Part shown: piece after piece, positions 37,132 to 44,220 of the stretch
How positions within the stretch are numbered: position 1 is the first letter of the stretch
Layout: each line of letters opens with the position of its first letter
From: Phycisphaeraceae bacterium
Lineage (GTDB): Bacteria > Planctomycetota > Phycisphaerae > Phycisphaerales > Phycisphaeraceae
Direction: 5' to 3'
Assembly (NCBI GenBank): GCA_046290505.1
Contig: JBKAGS010000002.1
Location: 41,790 to 105,789 of the forward strand
DNA: 64,000 nucleotides
Position numbers and translations under genes: made by a program
The notes under the pieces: model-generated
What the model was told of the DNA's origin: nothing
The model's input: only the letters and a program-made list of their open reading frames with translations
Database searches by the model: none

Positions 37132-37385
37132 CACCAGGTCCCCCCGATGACGGTGACGATGTCGCCGGGCGTGCCCCGCACTTGAAGCTCCGCGAGGTTG
37201 ATGCTTTTGAAGCGGTGCCATTCCCCCGGAATCATGGGCACATCATCGCCGGTGTCGCCAAGCAGCTGCACAGGCTCGGCGTTGCTCGGTGGCGCGGTGA
37301 TCGTGAACGAACCCACCACGCGCTCGCTTGTCAGCGGCTGGTAGCTGGCGGTCACCGTGATGCGTCGGAGGATGGCGTTGTTCAT
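37131..37385 (-). CDS. Hypothetical head-tail protein
   Basis: ATG at 37385 overlaps the upstream stop (ATGA). 84 aa. Confidence 0.5.
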   Translation of the reverse strand: MNNAILRRITVTASYQPLTSERVVGSFTITAPPSNAEPVQLLGDTGDDVPMIPGEWHRFKSINLAELQVRGTPGDIVTVIGGTW

Positions 37386-37825
37386 TTCAGTGCCCGGTAG
37401 GTCAGGGTCAGGACGCTGGTAAAGACTCGCTTCTCCAGCAGGTGCTCGGGCGCGTAGACCGGGTCGTTGATGGTGTTCACCCACGCGGCATAGGGCGCAA
37501 CAGTGAGCTTGCGTTGGCGCAGGTACTCGGCGATCTGGTCCACGACCGCGCCGAGGGATTCAACCTCGGCTTCGAGCGCGTTGGGTGAGCCAAGTTTCTT
37601 CTGGATGCCGATGTCGATGGCGAAGTCATACTGGCTGGCGCTGCGCGTCGAGCCGGTGATCTCCACGGTTTTGGGCACCACAGTCACCTTCAGGCCTGCG
37701 AGCTCCTGCAGTTCATAAAACGGCAGCACCTTCCGCACGGCGGTGAACGACTGGGCGAAGGTGCCAGGTGCAGCGGCGTTCAGTTCCGCGGTCACCGCGT
37801 CGGCGATCTCGGTGATCAGGCTCAT
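37382..37825 (-). CDS. Hypothetical head-tail adaptor-like protein
   Basis: ATG at 37825 forms an ATGA with the upstream stop. An alternative ATG lies at 37852. Confidence 0.5.
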   Translation of the reverse strand: MSLITEIADAVTAELNAAAPGTFAQSFTAVRKVLPFYELQELAGLKVTVVPKTVEITGSTRSASQYDFAIDIGIQKKLGSPNALEAEVESLGAVVDQIAEYLRQRKLTVAPYAAWVNTINDPVYAPEHLLEKRVFTSVLTLTYRALK

Positions 37826-38067
37826 GGCAGCACCCCCGTACTCATCAGCCATGTGAAGATGCTTGAGCCCGCAGCGGTGGCGGCACCGCCGAGGATCAGC
37901 CAGGTCAAACGTGACTGGCGCTTGGCGTTCTGCTCTAGGCGGTCGAGGCGCAGCTGGATGCCGGGCTTGCCGTTGCCACGGATGGCCTCATCCAACTGCT
38001 CGAGCTTCTTGTAGATCGCCTCGAGCGGGTTCTGGCCGGGATCAAATGGGCTCTTGTCGTTGCTCAA
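37822..38067 (-). CDS. Small protein with a C-terminal transmembrane helix
   Basis: TTG at 38067 overlaps the upstream TGA (TTGA). Coiled-coil LEAIYKKLEQLDEAIRGNG...RLDRLEQ, then LTWLILGGAATAAGSSIFTWLM. Start is uncertain. Confidence 0.35.
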   Translation of the reverse strand: MSNDKSPFDPGQNPLEAIYKKLEQLDEAIRGNGKPGIQLRLDRLEQNAKRQSRLTWLILGGAATAAGSSIFTWLMSTGVLP

Positions 38068-38426
38068 GGGTTCGGGCCTGTGTCTTTCGTATGGATGCGG
38101 TAGGTGGTGCGATACGGATCGGACCAGCGCCATGCGCCTTGACCCGCGAGGTCCATCACCTCGTAGCGCCGGTTGTCCGCGACGATCACGTCACCCACCT
38201 GAGGATCGAAGCCGAGCACCTCGGCGGTGATGAGGAAGTCGATCACGTGGGCACGCAGGGTCGCGCCGCTGTACGACGCGTCACCGACCTCGTAGTCGGT
38301 CTTGCCTTTGGTGGCCGGCACGTTGACGATCGGCCCATCAGCACGCTCGTAGACCACCAAGCTGGTGAGGTGATTCCCACGCTGCTGGGCCAGCCAACTC
38401 GCACTATCTTTGAGCAAGTCGGGCAT
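38064..38426 (-). CDS. Hypothetical head-tail connector-like protein
   Basis: 120-aa ORF with an ATG start, 3 nt after the upstream stop. Confidence 0.5.
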   Translation of the reverse strand: MPDLLKDSASWLAQQRGNHLTSLVVYERADGPIVNVPATKGKTDYEVGDASYSGATLRAHVIDFLITAEVLGFDPQVGDVIVADNRRYEVMDLAGQGAWRWSDPYRTTYRIHTKDTGPNP

Positions 38427-38429
38427 GGA

Positions 38430-38768
38430 TTACTGCTCCAGCTTCACGCGGGTGGTGGTGTCGTTGTCGCCTGCGGCGAGGGTCGTCTTGCCGAGGTACT
38501 TGTTCGCCCCGGCCTCGGCGTCTTCCTTGGCGACCTGGTCGGCGACATCCCAGTACACCTTCGCGCCGGCGGGGATCGCCTCGCCGACACCTGCAGTCTT
38601 GGGCACGTCGAAGACGCCGGTGGTGGCGAGCGCACCGAGTGTGTTGGCAGGGATGTCGCGTTTGGCGATACCGACGAGGTCGCCTTGGACGACAACATCG
38701 CCTGCGGAGACACCGACACTGGGGGTGTAGTCGATGCTGTTACCGTCTTGGATGAACTGTGTAGTCAT
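38430..38768 (-). CDS. DUF2190-like head decoration/cement protein
   Basis: 112 aa. Pattern GNSIDYTP...AGDVVVQGDLVGIAKRDI...GVFDVPK...GAKVYWD is typical of DUF2190. Lies directly after the capsid gene. Confidence 0.65.
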   Translation of the reverse strand: MTTQFIQDGNSIDYTPSVGVSAGDVVVQGDLVGIAKRDIPANTLGALATTGVFDVPKTAGVGEAIPAGAKVYWDVADQVAKEDAEAGANKYLGKTTLAAGDNDTTTRVKLEQ

Positions 38769-38802
38769 GGAGTGTTCCTTTATGGATCAGTGCTGAAAGG
38801 GA

Positions 38803-40794
38803 TTAGGCTTCGCCCTTGAACTTCACGCCGCCGCGATATTCCTGAAGGGCGACACCGAAGTCGTGGTAGCCACGCATCTGGATTCCCAGCACGTTGAAGT
38901 CGGCATCTGCGGATTCGACGACCGGTTCCTGTTTGCCGTTGAGGAAGGCGACCTCGATGACCGGCATATCCGCCGGCTCCGCGAGCAGATACCACGCCTT
39001 CGTGCTTGATCCGGTGTACTTGGCGTTGGCCAGATAGCTGGACCGGACGACACGGAACTTGCCGGTGTGCGGGTTGTTTGTCGGGTACTTGGTCTTGCTT
39101 GAGTTGCCGTCTTCCCGCACCTCGGTTGCATTCATCAGTTGCGTCGCCGTGACGAGCAGGCCATTGGGCACAAGGAGGATTGACGGACTGATCGCCATCG
39201 GGTGACCATCGGGGTCGGTCTGGTCGAGGTACAACTGCTCGGCCTGGGTGAGCGAGTCGATACCGAGTGCGGTACTCGCACCTGCTGCGTAATTCCCCCG
39301 TGGCGTGGTGTAGAACGCCGCGTTGTTCAGGAAGGCGGTCCAGAACACGTCATTCAGTTTCAGTGCAGCACCACGGCCGAGGCGTCGAGGAACCGAAGTC
39401 AACGCGCCGAGATCGTCGTTGATCAGGTCGGTGCGGGTCAGGCTGAACATTCGCCCGTAGGTGCGGGCCTGGTTGGTGTAGTTCTCTTCGCCGACCTTAG
39501 CGTGCTTGAGTTCGCCATCCGGACCGACTTCCTCGTACTCGAAACCACCGGTCAGGCGGTAGCTCGTTACTTGCTTAAAGTCCTGGACGTTGCGGGTCGC
39601 GGCGATTGACCGCCAGGCAGATTCGACGGCGGTGAAACCTTCGAGCAGGAACTTGTTGGATGTGTTCGAGAGGATGCCGGGCAGGCTGAAGGTGCTGAAA
39701 GCGGCTTGCAATACGCCGCGCATATCCGCGCGGAAGTTACGCCCGTCATAGCCGTTGGCCCAAGCGGCTTCGAGAAGCAGTTGCTGTAGGCCGATCTGCC
39801 CGCGGAACCGCTGGTCTGCTGCGTCGAGGGTTTGCTCGTCGAACTGTTCCTCTGGCTTCTGAATTCCACCCGCCAGGCAGACGGCAGCGGCTAGGACATG
39901 GGGGAGATTCACGGAGTCATTCCGCTGGCCCGAGCCGGGGGCAGTAGCTTTGGGTCGGCTCGCGCGGAGCACTTCGAGTTCGGCCTTTTCGACGGACCAG
40001 CCTTGCTCAATCGCCTGCGCTGCGATCTCAGCGTGTTTCTCGCCGCAGGTGTTGCGGATCGCCGACTGGCGTCGCAGTTCATCCGCTGCCTGCTTACGGC
40101 TCGCGTTGAGGATGTCCTCGGATTCATCGGACGCCTGAACACTGATATTGTCGGGCTTGGCATCGCTGCTCTTGGCGCGATCGGTCGTGGTGGTTGTGTC
40201 TTGGGATTCGGACATGGTGTGATGTTCCTTGTGTTGTGCTGCGATGGTCGCGGAGGTCGCACCATCCGCACCGAGATCGACGAAGCTGATTTCGCCCAGG
40301 GTGGTCTTGCGGGCGACGTAGACGGGGCCTTCAAATTGACGGCCGTTGACGTTGACGAACTTGCCTGCACGGATCAGTTCGGCGTTCTGAACCGATGCGC
40401 CGATTGATGCTTGCCAGGGGAAGCCACGCTTGCCGCTGGTAACAACCTCTTTCGCGGCAGGCGTATCTCGTGAGATGACCCCCTCGGCGATCAGCTGATT
40501 GCCCTCAGCAGCGATCCGCTCACTGTGGCCGATACCTTGGAATGCGCTGTGCGCGAAACGGATCGGACGGCGTTGGGACGGAATGTGCAGGCCCTGAAGG
40601 TCAACGACAACCGGGTGACGCCATCCGTTGATCCGCATGGCGTCGCCGGTGTATGCGACCATGCGGAACGTCGGCAGCACGGCCTCGCCGTTATCGCTTG
40701 GCTTCGCTGCCTCGACCGAGATCGAGGTTTCCTCGCAGATCAGTGAAAGCGCATCCGGGATTGATTCAGGTTGTTCTACGGTCTGTTCGCTCAT
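38803..40794 (-). CDS. Major capsid protein (Mu gpT-like region) fused to an N-terminal prohead protease/scaffold-like region
   Basis: ATG at 40794 with AGGAGG upstream. About 663 aa. The C-terminal ~330 aa looks capsid-like (ILSNTSNKFLLEGF...NYTNQARTYGRMFSLTRTDLINDDLGAL). No separate protease or scaffold gene lies between portal and capsid. Confidence 0.7.
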   Translation of the reverse strand: MSEQTVEQPESIPDALSLICEETSISVEAAKPSDNGEAVLPTFRMVAYTGDAMRINGWRHPVVVDLQGLHIPSQRRPIRFAHSAFQGIGHSERIAAEGNQLIAEGVISRDTPAAKEVVTSGKRGFPWQASIGASVQNAELIRAGKFVNVNGRQFEGPVYVARKTTLGEISFVDLGADGATSATIAAQHKEHHTMSESQDTTTTTDRAKSSDAKPDNISVQASDESEDILNASRKQAADELRRQSAIRNTCGEKHAEIAAQAIEQGWSVEKAELEVLRASRPKATAPGSGQRNDSVNLPHVLAAAVCLAGGIQKPEEQFDEQTLDAADQRFRGQIGLQQLLLEAAWANGYDGRNFRADMRGVLQAAFSTFSLPGILSNTSNKFLLEGFTAVESAWRSIAATRNVQDFKQVTSYRLTGGFEYEEVGPDGELKHAKVGEENYTNQARTYGRMFSLTRTDLINDDLGALTSVPRRLGRGAALKLNDVFWTAFLNNAAFYTTPRGNYAAGASTALGIDSLTQAEQLYLDQTDPDGHPMAISPSILLVPNGLLVTATQLMNATEVREDGNSSKTKYPTNNPHTGKFRVVRSSYLANAKYTGSSTKAWYLLAEPADMPVIEVAFLNGKQEPVVESADADFNVLGIQMRGYHDFGVALQEYRGGVKFKGEA

Positions 40795-42295
40795 CGCTTG
40801 GCGACTCCTCCTCTCGTTCGTCTTCGGTGTCGTTTGCCTTGGGTTCTGTGTCGACCGCGCCACTGGTCAGGCCGAGTTCCTTCATCAACGCCAACTCCTT
40901 GGCGCGCTGACGAAGCTCCTGTTCCCAGTCGAGGCCAGCTTTGGCGTACTCGGACGCGAGCGTGGTGGTATTGCTGTTGAGTCGTGTTGCTTGCGCGCCG
41001 GCTTCCTTGGCCGGATCGACATGCTCGAATCCGTCCCAGAACCATTGGTGCGGATAGCCATCGGCTTCAGCAACCACGGTGCGGACGGACTGCGGGAGCA
41101 GCCCTTCTATGAGCACGGCCTCATTGATCCAAGCACGGAAGATTCGGTCGAGCGCGATGTCCGCGAGGTGGGACTGGTCGATCCGGATTGCCTTGAAGAA
41201 CGATTGGTGGTCCAACCGACCCGAGGCGTAGTTGTAGCCGGCGCTGTTGCCCGAAGCGATGTTGAACGGCATGTTCAATGGCCGGGCGATCTCGTTGAGC
41301 ACCTTGGAGGTGTAGTCGCCATACATCGTGGTCGGCTGCTCGGCCTTGATCTGGCCGACCTTCCAGCCGTAGGGCATCGTGAGCCAAAGCCCACGGTCCA
41401 TTTCGACCTGGTCCATCGGTTCAACGCTCGCGGCTTCACTGTCCGCCGGGGCGTCGGTATAGATCACACCGCTGGGGAGTGCGGCCTGCTCCGCGCTCGA
41501 CAGCACCGCGAGTGAGTAGCGGCGAAGCATGGCGAAGAGCGATAGCGAACTGGTGATCTCCGGCACACCCCGCGTCTGGCCCGGCCGTTCGGCACGGTAC
41601 AGATGTACGACGGCGTCGGCCGGGATGACATCGAAGTCATCCGTGCCATCATCCCCTGGTCCAGCCTTGAAGAATGAAGTGTCGCCGGGATGACGTTTGA
41701 GAACGAAGTATGCGAGAGGGTTGCCGAACTCGTCGTACTGGATGCCGTCAATAAGGTATGCGTCGTCACGGAACCGCCACGGTGTAGCGACTTGATCGGA
41801 TTCAACGAGCCGCAAGTCGAGCTTGATCGGTGCGTCTACGCGAGGGTTGGTCGCCAGCACACCGAAGACCTCGCCCGATTCGCACTGGCTGACCCGCATG
41901 GTCCAGAGTTTGTGAGCCAACCGGACGGACTTCGCCCAGCGCGAGAACTCGCGTTCGATGACGCGGTTCGCCTCGGGGTCCTCCGTCAGCATCTGCAGAC
42001 GCGGGCCGGTGCCGATGACGTAGTTGGCGAGCGTGTTGACGATGCCTTTGGCGTAGCCGTTGTTGGCGACTTCGTAGCGTGCGCGGTTGCGAAGCGTGCG
42101 TCGCACCTGCGGGTTCATCGCCGCGTTGGCGGACAGCGCATCGGCGTTCGCCCAGTGGCGTCGGTTCTCGTCGGTGGTCTGGGCCGCGTCGTAACGGGCA
42201 CGCAGGCCGGGCAGATTCGCCACGGCAAAACGCAGCGGTCCACGCTGGGTACGCGGGGCTTTGCCGAATCCGAGTTGGCTTAACCATTGCAGCAA
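40766..42295 (-). CDS. Portal protein (lambda-family-like)
   Basis: 509 aa. RNRARYEVANNGYAKGIVNTLANYVIGTGPRLQM matches the lambda portal family pattern. TTG start with GGAG 7 nt upstream. Confidence 0.8.
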   Translation of the reverse strand: MLQWLSQLGFGKAPRTQRGPLRFAVANLPGLRARYDAAQTTDENRRHWANADALSANAAMNPQVRRTLRNRARYEVANNGYAKGIVNTLANYVIGTGPRLQMLTEDPEANRVIEREFSRWAKSVRLAHKLWTMRVSQCESGEVFGVLATNPRVDAPIKLDLRLVESDQVATPWRFRDDAYLIDGIQYDEFGNPLAYFVLKRHPGDTSFFKAGPGDDGTDDFDVIPADAVVHLYRAERPGQTRGVPEITSSLSLFAMLRRYSLAVLSSAEQAALPSGVIYTDAPADSEAASVEPMDQVEMDRGLWLTMPYGWKVGQIKAEQPTTMYGDYTSKVLNEIARPLNMPFNIASGNSAGYNYASGRLDHQSFFKAIRIDQSHLADIALDRIFRAWINEAVLIEGLLPQSVRTVVAEADGYPHQWFWDGFEHVDPAKEAGAQATRLNSNTTTLASEYAKAGLDWEQELRQRAKELALMKELGLTSGAVDTEPKANDTEDEREEESPSDERTDRRTT

Positions 42296-42313
42296 GCGAG
42301 GCTCCGAAGGGGT

Positions 42314-42523
42314 TCAGGACGCTCCGGGTGGAACGATCTTGGTCATGCGGAGGCCCAAGCCCTTTTTGCTCGCCGCTTTGGATGAGAGGTAGCGGTCCGC
42401 TTCGATCTGGTCTCGCAGCGGATGCTGCTTGACCGATTGGCCGTCGACCGCCGCCTCGGCTGGCGAGGCGGCGTTGTCCTTGATCTTGTTGGCCAGGTCA
42501 TCGGGCATGGGTGGGTCCGTCAC
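42314..42523 (-). CDS. Small gpW-like head-tail joining protein (assigned by position and size)
   Basis: 69 aa, immediately upstream of the portal gene as in the lambda A-W-B order. GTG start, with an alternative ATG at 42508. Confidence 0.4.
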   Translation of the reverse strand: MTDPPMPDDLANKIKDNAASPAEAAVDGQSVKQHPLRDQIEADRYLSSKAASKKGLGLRMTKIVPPGAS

Positions 42524-42663
42524 CAGCTACATCAGCAGGTGAAAGACCAAACCAACGCTCAATGTTTTGACGAGGTGATTTCGTTCCAGATTTGGAACGA
42601 CAGCGATCAGTGGAGCCTATATTGCGGTGGCAACCGGGAACAGTGCGGTGAATACCGGGCGGA

Positions 42664-42702
42664 TAAAAAGGCACACACTTATGAGGATTTGTGTCCCTTT
42701 TT
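42664..42702 (-). terminator. Rho-independent (bidirectional-looking) terminator closing the moron
   Basis: aaaaaggcacaca-cttatgaggatt-tgtgtcccttttt: a 7-bp stem with one bulge, flanked by an A-run and a T-run. Confidence 0.6.
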
Positions 42703-42894
42703 GTCCAAACCAGGCTTGATCTTGCGGCTTAAACGGCGAAGAGATCGCGGAGCACATCAAAGAAAGGTGCGATTTGATCGGGCTCGCGCCACAGCGGGTG
42801 CTGCCGCATTGCCAGTATTACCGTCGCCAAACAGAACGCGATTGGATGCATTCCCAATCGCAAGATGAATGTCCAGCATGCTGGTGCTCAAGGA

Positions 42895-43929
42895 TCAGCC
42901 TGCACCAATCATCGCCTCTCGCAGCAGTAGTTTTTCCCGCAAAGGCTCAGCGGCTTCATGACTGCGTTTGTCGCCATCGGCCATCTCCAGCCAGACCTGT
43001 ATTGGTGAGGCGACGAGCTTATCGCGGGCATCGAAGAACACCCGCTGGTCATCGGTCTGGATCAGCTTCAGGTTTGGGAACGCAGTTGTCTGCTTGGGCT
43101 CGTCACCGATAGCCGACAAGACTTCTTGGATCGGGCGGCGGGTATACAGCGACACGGCTTTGTCTCCGCCGAAGACCACGTAGCTGGCGGCACTGGCCAT
43201 GCCGGTCTTGACCACGTCCCCAGCGAAGTTGCCGAACAGCCGATCCAGGAGTTCATCTTCACGGATCATACACTTGCCGGTCCATGTGGCTTTTACCTTC
43301 GGCGGCTCGTACCCGTCGGTCAGACCTTCCATCAACGCGCGCGGATCGATGACCTGCACTGATCGCTTATTCGAGCGTGATACAGCCCCTTCTTTATCCA
43401 GACGTTTGAGTACCTTCGAGACAGTGCTCATGGCGAGCTGCCCGCCTCGGGCTTGGATCAACTCGAGCACTGCGCTGACCGAGTCGATCTCGTCACGGAG
43501 CATCAACGCTCGCGGCACCAGCGAACTGTCGCCGCGATAGACGGACTTGATCCCCCGGCGCTCGGGATAGCGGTTCGGTTCACCGGATCGGTTGTAGAAC
43601 GATTGACCAAGGAACACGACCCCGTTGCCGCACAAGTCGATTCCGCTGATCCGGTCACTCATCAAACGGTTGAGCTTGTCTTGGTCGTAGTACGGAGCGA
43701 CCAACAGCGGGCGGGGCCCTGGCGTGTCTCTCTCCTGTCCGATCGCTCGGTCCAGAGTCCGGGGGTTCGCGTCAGGCAGGGGCACCACGCGGAACACACT
43801 CGGCTGATCATCATTGACCCCAAACAGGGTGACCGTTCGGTCAGAGGGATAGCCCTCGGCCTCGATCCTCAGTGGGATCATGTTCAGGCCGTCCTGCTCG
43901 ATGCGGGCTTGTACGTCGTCGGTGTTCAT
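42895..43929 (-). CDS. Moron-encoded protein of unknown function with a central wHTH-like segment
   Basis: ATG at 43929 (AGGAAA upstream). 344 aa. Segment QLAMSTVSKVLKRLDKEGAVS looks like a winged helix. The C-terminal ASPIQVWLEMADGDKRSHEAAEPL is reminiscent of AbiEi-type antitoxin C-termini (weak, from memory). AT-richer than the flanks. Confidence 0.6.
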   Translation of the reverse strand: MNTDDVQARIEQDGLNMIPLRIEAEGYPSDRTVTLFGVNDDQPSVFRVVPLPDANPRTLDRAIGQERDTPGPRPLLVAPYYDQDKLNRLMSDRISGIDLCGNGVVFLGQSFYNRSGEPNRYPERRGIKSVYRGDSSLVPRALMLRDEIDSVSAVLELIQARGGQLAMSTVSKVLKRLDKEGAVSRSNKRSVQVIDPRALMEGLTDGYEPPKVKATWTGKCMIREDELLDRLFGNFAGDVVKTGMASAASYVVFGGDKAVSLYTRRPIQEVLSAIGDEPKQTTAFPNLKLIQTDDQRVFFDARDKLVASPIQVWLEMADGDKRSHEAAEPLREKLLLREAMIGAG

Positions 43930-43946
43930 TTTCCTATCATGGTATA

Positions 43947-43964
43947 TTTTCCCGCACGGGAAAA
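43947..43964. promoter_or_regulatory. Perfect 8-2-8 inverted repeat TTTTCCCG-CA-CGGGAAAA (candidate operator) in the moron promoter region
   Basis: Read directly. Further TTTTCC/GGAAAA half-sites lie at 43929..43934, 43977..43985 and 44011..44016. Confidence 0.55.
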
Positions 43965-44041
43965 CAAACGAAAACAGGAAATTTTCTGCAAACACATATT
44001 CCCTCGGCTCGGAAAACCGCTAATTCCAGAAAAAACTGTCC

Positions 44042-44176
44042 TTACATCCGCTCCCGCGTTGTCACCCGCTTCCCGCAGTGGCGGCAACGGCGGACCCGCT
44101 GGATGTGTCCAGGGCGCTGGCGGGTGTACCAGACCGGCAGATGCCGACACCCGCATTTGGGGCATGCCAAGCCCAC
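44042..44176 (-). CDS. Small C4 zinc-ribbon protein (NrdR/Ogr-like finger)
   Basis: From GTG at 44176: VGLACPKCGCRHLPVWYTRQRPGHIQRVRRCRHCGKRVTTRERM. This fits the pattern CPxCG..x..TR...R.RRC..CG.R.TT.E. No clear SD, so the start is uncertain. Confidence 0.4.
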   Translation of the reverse strand: MGLACPKCGCRHLPVWYTRQRPGHIQRVRRCRHCGKRVTTRERM

Positions 44177-44220
44177 GTCACGATTCTGTGAAGGGGTAGA
44201 TTCCGGTGATTGATTAATTT

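Noticed and set aside
42729-42851. 40-codon minus-strand ORF (MHPIAFCLATVILAMRQHPLWREPDQIAPFFDVLRDLFAV) between the moron gene and its terminator, considered as a possible small membrane toxin.
   Set aside because: It has no convincing ribosome-binding site (GGGA directly abuts the ATG) and is too short to judge. It is mentioned in the moron finding but not called as a feature.
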